This document shows positions 1-7,302 of a stretch of 31,633 nucleotides of DNA, piece by piece. A program made the position numbers and the translations under genes. The DNA is taken from IMG/VR virus record IMGVR_UViG_3300019471_000061, positions 1 to 31,633 of that record, one strand, 5' to 3'. The stretch comes from a virus. Under the pieces are notes generated by a model. That model had not been told where the DNA came from and ran no database searches. It saw only the letters and a list, made by a program, of their open reading frames with translations. Every line of letters starts with the position of its first letter. The first letter of the stretch is position 1.

Positions 1-127
1 AGCCGCCTTTTCCATTCTTAAAATCTGGCTTAAAGTCTGACGTTCGTTGCAGTCTGACTTTGGCTAGTTTGCGTTCTCGGGCTCTTTCGCATTCTTTTTC
101 AGTGCGATAAATCATACCCAGAGCTAG
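1..127. repeat. Terminal redundancy: identical to window positions 31507..31633, marking the circular junction of the genome
   Basis: Direct comparison of the first and last 127 nt (agccgccttttccattcttaaaatctggc...tacccagagctag). Gene order is continuous across the junction. Confidence 0.9.
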
Positions 128-445
128 ACGCATAATGTCTATAGAATCACCATCCCAAACATCTGGCTGTGTTTCTCCATAAGAGTTCATCCAAAAATAT
201 TCATCGTCCTTTTTAGGCATCCAGTGGATACTATCTGTCGGTTCTTTGATTTCCTCAAACCACTCTGTGAGAATATTCGGGAACTTTTTCAGGGTAGTTT
301 CGTGGTAAATCATTATTATTAATCCCGTTTCTGTGGTCTTTTGGTTTTCTGGAGTACCAGCAATAAGATTTCCCGTTTTAGAGATATATGCTAACTGTCC
401 AGCTTTGAACGTTGGTAAATCTTTAAGTAGTTTATAACGTTTCAT
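128..445 (-). CDS. N-terminal part of hypothetical protein, paralog A (about 202 aa in total). It continues from 31343..31633 across the circular junction. ATG at 445
   Basis: Open minus-strand frame from 445 to the window edge. Translation MKRYKLLKDLPTFKAGQ... joins MIYRTEKECERARERKLAKVRLQRTS... at the window end. Paralogous to 28454..29026. Confidence 0.6.
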
Positions 446-453
446 GCCTATCC

Positions 454-642
454 TTAAAATAGCTTTGGACGCTCACCATTTATTCGACTGTCTAGTATTT
501 GATTGATTCGATGAATAATATGTTCTCGCTCATTTAATTCTTCTAGAGCCGTATCCTTCATTTCTAGCAAGTCGATAGTACTCATCTCATCTAGTGATTG
601 ATAGTCGTCCTCGTAATAAGGTTGTATTACTTCTTTTTCCAT
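454..642 (-). CDS. Small acidic hypothetical protein, likely start MEKEVIQPYYED with a GAGGAG RBS. The ORF track gives 454..666
   Basis: ORF track; the internal ATG is preceded by aagaggagaagaaaaaATG. Confidence 0.45.
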   Translation of the reverse strand: MEKEVIQPYYEDDYQSLDEMSTIDLLEMKDTALEELNEREHIIHRINQILDSRINGERPKLF

Positions 643-755
643 TTTTTCTTCTCCTCTTTCATCCATTCTTCGTCCTGCTTAGCTATTTCGTGTTCTGAGA
701 TAGCTACAAGAATAAGAATTAGTGCTATAAATAATATCCAAATGAGTATGTACAT
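627..755 (-). CDS. 42-aa single-pass membrane peptide (MYILIWILFIALILILVAISEHE...)
   Basis: My own translation. GAGGAGG RBS. The start overlaps the upstream stop as TAATG. It is below the ORF-track size cutoff. Confidence 0.3.
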   Translation of the reverse strand: MYILIWILFIALILILVAISEHEIAKQDEEWMKEEKKKWKKK

Positions 756-934
756 TATTGTGCCTTATCCTCCTCAGTCTGCTTTTTGTTAATTCTCACG
801 GCAATGTCGATGTTCTGAGCTCCGTTTTCCATAAGCCATTTTTTGGCTTTTCTGGCAACATTCTCGTCGTCGTATATTCTAGAGTGAGCTTTTCCTCCAT
901 CGTTCCAACGAACGATAAATTGAACGTCCATCAT
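755..934 (-). CDS. 58/59-aa hypothetical protein (MMDVQFIVRWNDGGKAHSRIYDDENVARKAKKWLMENGAQN...)
   Basis: My own translation. Apparently translationally coupled to the upstream small ORF. Confidence 0.3.
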   Translation of the reverse strand: MMDVQFIVRWNDGGKAHSRIYDDENVARKAKKWLMENGAQNIDIAVRINKKQTEEDKAQ

Positions 935-1068
935 CCGCGATTTCCGCCGCAGTAGTAATCAAAATAATCGCCTGTGAGATCTTCTAATCTCTCTAACATC
1001 TTCTGATCTTCAGCGCGTTGAGCTCGCCAACTGCGTATTTTATTAATTAGTGATTTCAACAATTTCAT
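931..1068 (-). CDS. 45-aa hypothetical protein (MKLLKSLINKIRSWRAQRAEDQKMLERLEDLTGDYFDYYCGGNRG)
   Basis: Strong RBS aaaggaggg 7 nt before the ATG at 1068. It lies immediately 3' of the 22-bp inverted repeat. Confidence 0.4.
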   Translation of the reverse strand: MKLLKSLINKIRSWRAQRAEDQKMLERLEDLTGDYFDYYCGGNRG

Positions 1069-1084
1069 ATTCCCTCCTTTGATT

Positions 1085-1221
1085 CTCAGTCCCTCGAAGC
1101 TGCGGGCTCTTCTATGTACACCCCACCTTTTCGTCGAGTGCGGATAGCGTCAAAAATGTACTAGGTGCCTTAAAAAGCTATCCTAAAATTGCGATACTAC
1201 CCGCAGCTTCGAGGGACTGAG
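1085..1221. repeat. 22-bp perfect inverted repeat (ctcagtccctcgaagctgcggg / cccgcagcttcgagggactgag) flanking a 93-nt spacer that holds a nested 7-bp inverted repeat (ggatagc/gctatcc)
   Basis: Exact reverse-complement match between 1085..1106 and 1200..1221. It lies between two minus-strand cistrons. Confidence 0.85.
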
Positions 1222-1228
1222 CTTAGTT

Positions 1229-1636
1229 TTATAAAAATTTAGCGTACTTGCCGTTCGTATAAACGGACCAAGCCTTATATCCTTGCGACTTCCAAACTCT
1301 GTACGCGCAAGATATGTTAGTTGCTGGATCATGACTATCACAGCGTTCGCGTCCAGGCAAAATCCTTACCTGAAATAGCGAGACTGAATATCCATACGTT
1401 CTTCCGTTTTGTGTAAACGTCAGGCTTGTATCGCCTGTCACATTCGGATCGCATCCGCTTTCAGCTCTCATAATCGCTAACATAGTGCGTACGTCCCAGT
1501 CGTATTGAGCAACCAGCCCGCGAAAAGTTTCACAACCTTGAGCTGTAGCCACATTTTTCGCAGGTGGTGCTTGAATTGTCTGATTGTTAATGTGCGCAGC
1601 TTTTTGCTCTAGCGGCGGTTGCTGCTTAGCCGCCAC
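1229..1636 (-). CDS. Lysozyme-like or transglycosylase-like domain protein. It uses a GTG start that overlaps the upstream stop
   Basis: Motif WDVRTMLAIMRAESGCDPNVTGD...GYSVSLFQVRI...AYRVWKSQGYKAW resembles the transglycosylase-like (Rpf/SLT-type) fold. There is no RBS of its own. Confidence 0.55.
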   Translation of the reverse strand: MAAKQQPPLEQKAAHINNQTIQAPPAKNVATAQGCETFRGLVAQYDWDVRTMLAIMRAESGCDPNVTGDTSLTFTQNGRTYGYSVSLFQVRILPGRERCDSHDPATNISCAYRVWKSQGYKAWSVYTNGKYAKFL

Positions 1637-1854
1637 TACTGTTTTGACACTTCAACTTTCACGTTTTTAACGATTGTTGCAGCTTCAGCTTTGACTTGTT
1701 CAGTCTGATTTTTCTGGTAGTACATACCGCCGATAAAAGCGATAATTCCTGTGATTAAAATCGTAATGATGATAGTTTTGATAGTTTCGATGTTAAATTT
1801 TTTCATTGTTTTCTCCTTTTTATTTTCTTGATTTAATTGATTGTCTTTTTTCAT
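1636..1854 (-). CDS. Small single-pass membrane protein. It may be the N-terminal anchor of the downstream transglycosylase-like ORF
   Basis: Hydrophobic stretch IKTIIITILITGIIAFIGGMYY. Its stop TAG overlaps the GTG of the next ORF (taGTG). Confidence 0.5.
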   Translation of the reverse strand: MKKDNQLNQENKKEKTMKKFNIETIKTIIITILITGIIAFIGGMYYQKNQTEQVKAEAATIVKNVKVEVSKQ

Positions 1855-2141
1855 AATGCGCTCTGAGCTTGAAGCTCTCTTCTTAATATTTCAGCGTCGA
1901 GAAGATCGTCTTTTTCGATCTTTCTATGCTCGTCTGCTATGACAGAGACTTCGTCGATGATGTCGATGTCTAGCATGATCATTTTCTCGTAGAACCAATC
2001 GCCGAGATCGAATCTGTCGCAGAAGTTCGACAAAGCGTCGTCTTTGTTTATACATAAATCTAAGGCGAGCTCGTCTAATTCTTCAGATGACTTGTCGAAC
2101 AGTACCTCTGTCAATATGCTCGTTATCATTTTGTTATTCAT
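1851..2141 (-). CDS. Hypothetical acidic protein
   Basis: ORF track. It is tightly packed between RecT and the membrane protein with overlapping start and stop. Confidence 0.5.
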   Translation of the reverse strand: MNNKMITSILTEVLFDKSSEELDELALDLCINKDDALSNFCDRFDLGDWFYEKMIMLDIDIIDEVSVIADEHRKIEKDDLLDAEILRRELQAQSAL

Positions 2142-2916
2142 TTACGTCCTCCAGAACAACTTCGGCTTCTTCAATCTCTAGTGATGAGCCAGGCTTGTTG
2201 TCTGCGTATTCGTCATTGACTTTTTGATCCTCAACGATCGCTGTTTGCATTTCAACGCTTAGAGGTGCGTAGCGACTCAAGAGTAGTTTCAGAACTGTCT
2301 TTTTCGCCATAGCTTCAAAATTATCTTTCCAAACTCCAAAGCCTCGCTTAAATGTCTGACTGTATTTTTGAGCGTGCTTCTCAAGCTCTTCGTTTGTCAT
2401 GAACTCAGCTTTACGGAAGCCGTTCAGTAAGATGAAGTAAGCCATATAGCCGATCACTTTACCTTCTTTTTCTACTTGAAAATTAAACTTCGGCTCGCCA
2501 GTAAAACTGTCTACTCCAGCAAATTCATTTTCATAAACTGCTCGCGTTCCCAAACTCTGGAACTGTCCCGTTTTCATAGCCAGCTGCACGAATCCGCGCC
2601 AGCCCATTTGAAATTGAGCTTCCATTTTACCCTTATTTGAATAAGGTACGATGTAAGCAAATCCGAGATTTTGGTTGATCGGTAAGTCTAGCGTTGCTGC
2701 TGTTAAACAAGCGTTGTAGGTTGTCATTGGATTGCATTCAGCGATCTTCTTGTCGCTATTTGCTAGCGCCAAAACACTTGTCAGAAACTGCCTGCCTTTT
2801 TCACCGAGCGTACGCTCAGCCGATTTCATAATCTCGTCTGATTTTACTAATTGCTGTAAAGTCAGCGGTGCGTTATCTGTTTTTTGAACTGCTACCCCTG
2901 TCACTATTAGCTCCAA
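2134..2916 (-). CDS. recT: RecT-family single-strand annealing recombinase
   Basis: Core GFAYIVPY...AQFQMGWRGFVQLAMKTGQ is typical of RecT/Redbeta-like SSAPs. It is paired with an upstream exonuclease. Confidence 0.75.
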   Translation of the reverse strand: MELIVTGVAVQKTDNAPLTLQQLVKSDEIMKSAERTLGEKGRQFLTSVLALANSDKKIAECNPMTTYNACLTAATLDLPINQNLGFAYIVPYSNKGKMEAQFQMGWRGFVQLAMKTGQFQSLGTRAVYENEFAGVDSFTGEPKFNFQVEKEGKVIGYMAYFILLNGFRKAEFMTNEELEKHAQKYSQTFKRGFGVWKDNFEAMAKKTVLKLLLSRYAPLSVEMQTAIVEDQKVNDEYADNKPGSSLEIEEAEVVLEDVNE

Positions 2917-3665
2917 TCTCCAAGAACGAGGATGTCGTCCATCGTCTGGTTTAAGTTAAAGTTTAATTTATCTCTGTCGGTTTCGCCTTCTCGTTTGTCG
3001 AACTCTTTTATCGCGCTCACGACCTTTTCGAGTTTTTGGAATCCGCTATCGATGAATTCTGGCGATGCTACAGCCACGCCGACTCGATAAGGAGCGACGG
3101 TTTCCGCTACAACCCAGTAAAATTCTTTACTCTCAATTTTAGCGATTAATGAATAAACAGCTGCTTGAAGATCGTAATCGTTGCGGCCGCTCGTCCATTT
3201 GAAGTCATCGAATTGAGCAGTAGTCTTTAAGTCAACTCCATATTTTACTTCATCGCCAATTACACCGAGCGAATCAGCATAGCCAATCCAATCCTTTTTC
3301 TCAATTTTCGCTTTAAGTTTAACTTCGTGATGCGTATTTTCACCAAGTAGCAATTTACTTGCTAACGGATGACTCTTAATCCGTTCAGCTATTGTACAGA
3401 TTGTTTCAAATTCGGATTCGTCGATAATCGGTAGAACTTGCGCGTCGCGCCATTCCCTCGCCTCTTTTGATCGATAATCTGAGTATTGCTTAACTACGAA
3501 TTCCTGTTTGCCACCGAGCAAATGAGCGTGAACTAAAGTTCCTAAATCTAAAGCTCTGCTCGTAGGTTTTTCGATAACACCAAGCTTAAGAGCCACGGCG
3601 TAATCGATCCCTTTGCGATAAATATTCTTCGCCATTGAGTAGCTAAAATGGTTGATGTTATCCAT
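2907..3665 (-). CDS. PD-(D/E)XK (RecB/Cas4-like) exonuclease, partner of RecT
   Basis: Motifs GTLVHAHL, GYADSLGVIGDE, VDLKTT (the D/ExK motif) and QAAVY (the QxxxY motif) are present. It overlaps recT. Confidence 0.7.
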   Translation of the reverse strand: MDNINHFSYSMAKNIYRKGIDYAVALKLGVIEKPTSRALDLGTLVHAHLLGGKQEFVVKQYSDYRSKEAREWRDAQVLPIIDESEFETICTIAERIKSHPLASKLLLGENTHHEVKLKAKIEKKDWIGYADSLGVIGDEVKYGVDLKTTAQFDDFKWTSGRNDYDLQAAVYSLIAKIESKEFYWVVAETVAPYRVGVAVASPEFIDSGFQKLEKVVSAIKEFDKREGETDRDKLNFNLNQTMDDILVLGDWS

Positions 3666-3689
3666 TATTTAACCTCTCTTTTCTCTAAA

Positions 3690-3835
3690 TTGTCAGAGGC
3701 CTGCCGACCCTCAAGGTTGTCGGTGTCGCGAACACCCAGCGGATTTTCACCGCCAGCTTCCAGTCGTGAGCGCTCGCAGTCGCTCACGACTTCTTCGCCT
3801 TTACCCAGCGTTCGGCAAAACACTGACAATTTAGT
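3690..3835 (-). promoter_or_regulatory. GC-rich, highly structured 5' leader of the exonuclease-recT operon. Candidate regulatory RNA
   Basis: It contains a 10-bp perfect stem, gtcgtgagcg-N8-cgctcacgac, at 3761..3788. The outer inverted repeat is aattgtcag / ctgacaatt. About 60% GC, against about 43% for the genome. It lies between a TTGACC-N17-TAAATT candidate promoter and the RBS agagagg. Confidence 0.4.
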
Positions 3836-3934
3836 TAACGTTTATATTCAGGTCAAATTGTTAAGCTACAATGCTCTATTTTCGATTATTTTGTCTATGA
3901 AGTTATCTGTAGGATAGATAGCCTCATTTGACAA

Positions 3935-3990
3935 AATAAAAGACCAACGAAATGCTGGTCTAATAAAAAAGACTCGCATTTCTGCGAATC
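3935..3990 (-). terminator. Tandem intrinsic terminators downstream of tRNA-Thr on the minus strand
   Basis: gattcgcagaaatgcgagtc followed by TTTTTTATT, and agaccagcatttcgttggtct followed by TTTTATTTTG. Confidence 0.6.
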
Positions 3991-4000
3991 TACGTATTTA

Positions 4001-4076
4001 TGGAGCCACGATCGGGACTTGAACCCGAGACCTACGCCTTACCATGGCGTCGCTCTACCAACTGAGCTATCGCGGC
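4001..4076 (-). tRNA. trnT: tRNA-Thr, anticodon GGU, with an encoded CCA
   Basis: Manual fold of GCCGCGA-TA-GCTCAGTTGGTAGAGC-G-ACGCC-ATGGTAA-GGCGT-AGGTC-TCGGG-TTCAAGT-CCCGA-TCGTGGC-T-CCA. All four stems pair and the anticodon loop contains GGT. Confidence 0.85.
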
Positions 4077-4336
4077 ATCTGATTTATTAATAATATGCCC
4101 GAGTCAGCGTAAAACGTCCACAGTAAGCGTTGTAGCTTACCACGGTAGCGCTCATCCATGTAATAATTACAGTAAATGATTTCTACCATTGTAGATTTCG
4201 TAAGGTTAGAGGTTTCAACGTACACATTGCGAAGGCTCTGTGCACATCGCAATCATATGTTCCTATATTAGCAAACAAGAGCTATTTTGTCAATAGCTTA
4301 AGCGCAATTAAATAAAGATTCTATAGATTTATTAAA

Positions 4337-5206
4337 TTAGGCGACAGCTCCTATCTTTAATCTGTCATAAACATTTATCATTCCGCTATCAAGCGCGTGC
4401 AGATAAACTTCAGTCGTTGCAGAATTCGAGTGTCGCAATAATCTCTGTGCTTGTGAGATTGACGCGCCACGCTTCTGAATATCTGTAGCGAAGCTGTGCC
4501 TCAGCGCGTGCAGGTAGAATCCGTCAATTCCTACTTTTTCGAATTCTCGACGCATTTTATATCTAAGCTCGTCAATACTATACGGCCGTCCGTCTTCATA
4601 AGCTGGAGATATCCATAAATAATCTGTAATTCCTTTGAAGACGATCCACTCATCCATCCACTTTTTCGTGCGAGGCGTCATGAAGACTACCCCTGCTTTA
4701 TTTCCTTTTCCGATAATGTGAATTTCTCGACCGCTTATATTCTTAAGCCGTAAATTTCTTAATTCTGTAGCGCGCAATCCTGAATCGAACGCTAGAGATA
4801 TCAATAATCGCGTCATAGGTTCAGCATTCTCAATAACTTTCTCGACTTGATCGCGTGTGAACCAATTTCGACGCGGAGGTTTCTCTTTCGCTGGCTCAAT
4901 TAGTCTAATTTTTACGGATATGTCGTAATCCATATCTCTCAAGTATTTCAAAAAAGCTATTATGTGGCTGAGCCTGCTATTAATAGTTCTACCTGAGACT
5001 ACGTTTCCAGTAGCCGCTCCAGACGACTGCATCGCCATCCATCTATTAATATCTCTATTCGTTAATTTCTGCATATCGTCAACAATTTCTAGTTCCGCGA
5101 ATTTATTAAGCACTCTAACTTTCGTATCCATTGTCTGCTCTGTAAACTGACGAGCTCGACAATAATTCAAGTACTCTTCGATTTGCTCATAAATAGGTTT
5201 ATTCAT
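4337..5206 (-). CDS. int: Tyrosine recombinase or integrase, XerC/D-sized at 289 aa
   Basis: R..HxxR..Y catalytic signature: LRATELRNLRL, HALRHSFAT, LRHSNSATTEVYLHAL. It sits adjacent to a tRNA gene. Confidence 0.85.
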   Translation of the reverse strand: MNKPIYEQIEEYLNYCRARQFTEQTMDTKVRVLNKFAELEIVDDMQKLTNRDINRWMAMQSSGAATGNVVSGRTINSRLSHIIAFLKYLRDMDYDISVKIRLIEPAKEKPPRRNWFTRDQVEKVIENAEPMTRLLISLAFDSGLRATELRNLRLKNISGREIHIIGKGNKAGVVFMTPRTKKWMDEWIVFKGITDYLWISPAYEDGRPYSIDELRYKMRREFEKVGIDGFYLHALRHSFATDIQKRGASISQAQRLLRHSNSATTEVYLHALDSGMINVYDRLKIGAVA

Positions 5207-5228
5207 TTGTAAAACTCCACTTTTCGAA

Positions 5229-5286
5229 CAGTTCTATATAGAATTTCTTTATAATCATATTTTTGAAAAATATTGTATATAGAACG
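5229..5286. promoter_or_regulatory. Integrase promoter region with two palindromic operator-like sites (TTCTATATAGAA, perfect; TTGTATATAGAA) flanking a -10-like TTTATAAT
   Basis: A 12-bp perfect palindrome at about 5232..5243 and a near-copy at about 5272..5283. Both lie directly upstream of the int ATG. Confidence 0.45.
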
Positions 5287-5488
5287 TAAAATTAGTAATT
5301 AATTGTCATATTTAGCGCGGAGGTGCTCGAGTTGCTCGGAAAACAATAAAAATACGGTCAAATGACCGCTCCAATTATGCAAAACTCCAAAAAACTCGCA
5401 TATATTTAGAATTATTACATAATAATTGAGTGCGAGCAAACGCAAACAAGCCGCTACGAAAGCGACAGTACGTAAAAATGATATTAAC

Positions 5489-5863
5489 CTACGTCAGAAG
5501 ATTAAATTGACGTTTCATCTCTGTTAATTTGTGCAAATTCGCGATATTTGTAGGCGATTCTAGCTGCTCGCTCATCTGTTGTGCGTGGTGCTCTTTAGCT
5601 GACTTAGCTTTAGCTTGAGCTATTAACTTACGCAACCAATCCACAGTCTTTGACAAATTTTTTCTGGACCAAATAAAAGCAAAATATTTGCGTGGATCAC
5701 GTTTTCGTTTCGCTAATTTCACAGAAAACTCAAACTCTTTTTCGTAATTAATTTGTCGATTTCGAAACATCGGCAGATATTTATCATCAGAAATAAGCTT
5801 TGTCGCTTTGCCTAATTTTTTCTGCATTTTTTCAATACGTCGCTCATCAATTGTAATGTTCAC
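5489..5863 (-). CDS. Hypothetical basic protein with a GTG start and poor RBS
   Basis: ORF track. Lys/Arg-rich C-terminal half. It is transcribed toward int. Confidence 0.4.
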   Translation of the reverse strand: MNITIDERRIEKMQKKLGKATKLISDDKYLPMFRNRQINYEKEFEFSVKLAKRKRDPRKYFAFIWSRKNLSKTVDWLRKLIAQAKAKSAKEHHAQQMSEQLESPTNIANLHKLTEMKRQFNLLT

Positions 5864-5892
5864 CCCTGTAAAAATTACCCTCTGAGCTATCT

Positions 5893-5945
5893 CAAAACAA
5901 AAATAGCCCCTTAAACTAAATATAGTTTTGAGGCTATTTTGATCT
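5893..5945 (-). terminator. Hairpin (AAAATAGCC-N24-GGCTATTTT) followed by a U-tract on the minus strand
   Basis: 9-bp inverted repeat with a nested palindrome, followed on the minus strand by TTTTGTTTTG. Confidence 0.45.
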
Positions 5946-5994
5946 ATCCTACGTTAATAGTTTATTCACTGCCCTAATTTTTGTCAATAGCTAA

Positions 5995-6381
5995 GACGGT
6001 TCAATCCTACCGCGAAATTTGTCGTGGTCTGATTTTGTTCAGTCAAAAAGAAATAACGCCAGCAAATCATCTAGCTCGATTATTCAGCACGGCGTGACTA
6101 TGCTCAATGTACCCGCTCAAACGATTGAAAGCGCTGTCCAAATCACTTTCCCGAAATCATTCACGTCAGGTACAATCCCGACTGTAGTTTGTAGTTTTGG
6201 TGGATATACTGGTCCTGGCGATGGTTGGACAGACACGCCAAATTCGTCATGGGGTGGCTGCGCTTTTAGCGCGGTAGGTGTTACGAACACCTCATTTACA
6301 GCCAGATGTCGACGTTTCGACGGTGCGACACTTTTAGGAGTGTATTATGTGAACTGGATCGCGATTGGCGAAGCTGCTTAG
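5995..6381 (+). CDS. Start-less alternative tail-fibre C-terminal cassette (cassette 3), H-type-lectin-like. It opens in frame with DGSILP directly after a TAA
   Basis: The protein aligns with the C-terminus of the fibre 9722..10666 (AVQITFPKSF / AVQVNFPKKF; VNWIAIG / ISWIAVG). Its 5' end gaCGGTTCAATCCTACC reproduces the fibre junction sequence in the same phase. The only start is TTG, with no RBS. Confidence 0.5.
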   Translation, partial: DGSILPRNLSWSDFVQSKRNNASKSSSSIIQHGVTMLNVPAQTIESAVQITFPKSFTSGTIPTVVCSFGGYTGPGDGWTDTPNSSWGGCAFSAVGVTNTSFTARCRRFDGATLLGVYYVNWIAIGEAA

Positions 6382-6389
6382 TCAGCATA

Positions 6390-6422
6390 AAAATCCGCCC
6401 CCATTTTCAGAGGGCGGAAAGA
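6390..6422 (-). terminator. Intrinsic terminator, CCGCCC-N11-GGGCGG, with a minus-strand U-tract
   Basis: On the minus strand the hairpin is followed by TTTTTAT. On the plus strand there is only aaag. Confidence 0.55.
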
Positions 6423-6655
6423 GAGCACGGATGTTCAAACCATGCGTTTGCAGTTTATCACTATTTATTAGATTCCGCAATAGCAACGTCAGCAACGACC
6501 AGTCGTCGTATGTATTCGCTAACTGTCATATTCAACTCGGCGGCACGCTTGACGATCATCTCGTGATCGCTCTCTGAAACTTTTATATGTATGTGCTTAT
6601 TTTTCACATTCTACCCTTCTGCCGGCTACAATGCCGCCGGCGGGGCTGTTAATAT

Positions 6656-7084
6656 TTAATAAATAGCATTGACGGTAAAGTATTTCAAGCCATCGTAGCG
6701 AATTTCAGCCTCTTCTGCGCCATTCTGTAGCATATAGTCGATAGCTTCCCGTAAAGCTTCGCTAGAGACGAATATCTCAGCCTCTTCATCGTCATCATCG
6801 TAAAAGTGAATAGTACCGTCGTCATCAACAACTGCTTCATAATCTTCATATCTATCTAAACTCTTTACTGTTTCGATAATATTATCAAGCATTGCTTCTT
6901 CGTCGAATTCAATAGAGATATCTTCAATGGTTAAGTTTTCACTTTTGCTAAATCTTTTACGAAGTTCAGTGCGCATTATCTGCTCTAGTTCTTCTTTGTC
7001 ATTTCGTAGATCAGCACTTGCTTCAAATTGTATTTCTTGAGTTGGTTGGTCGTCTCGATAAAACCATCCTGTGTATGTTGCCAT
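6656..7084 (-). CDS. Very acidic hypothetical protein of 142 aa. Possibly a DNA-mimic or anti-restriction type
   Basis: ORF track. AAAGGAG RBS. Runs of D and E (DDDDEEAE). Similar GC-rich elements (AACAGCCCC...GCCGCC) flank the gene. Confidence 0.55.
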   Translation of the reverse strand: MATYTGWFYRDDQPTQEIQFEASADLRNDKEELEQIMRTELRKRFSKSENLTIEDISIEFDEEAMLDNIIETVKSLDRYEDYEAVVDDDGTIHFYDDDDEEAEIFVSSEALREAIDYMLQNGAEEAEIRYDGLKYFTVNAIY

Positions 7085-7107
7085 TTTATTCTCCTTTCTT
7101 GGCGGCG

Positions 7108-7302
7108 GCGGTTGAGGGGCTGTTTATTTTTTAGTGTTTGTGTTTTCTAGGTTTTATTTTCTAGTTTTGATTTTTCGTTTATTTACAATCTCCAATTTTA
7201 CAGTGATTTTAATTCTGAAAAACTGAAAGGTTGATTTGAACATTTTTACTCTCTTTCTTGCCGCCGAATTGTTAATTGTTGCTTGGTTGCCCCTCAACCA
7301 TG
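7108..7302. repeat. 11-12-bp GC-rich inverted repeat (ggttgaggggc / gcccctcaacc) bracketing about 170 bp of AT-rich DNA that holds direct repeats (ttttctag x2)
   Basis: Reverse-complement match between about 7109..7120 and about 7292..7302. Confidence 0.4.

Noticed and set aside
598-955. Plus-strand ORFs 598..792 and 758..955
   Set aside because: They are antisense to a tightly coupled string of minus-strand small ORFs that have RBSs. Their composition is low-complexity Phe/Ser/Ile-rich and they have no RBS.
3648-3917. Plus-strand ORF of 89 aa
   Set aside because: It lies over the GC-rich structured leader and promoter. It is Ser/Pro/Arg-rich, typical of translated GC-rich non-coding sequence.
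4067-4252. Minus-strand ORF of 61 aa overlapping the tRNA
   Set aside because: It overlaps the 5' end of tRNA-Thr and the tRNA promoter region. It has no RBS.
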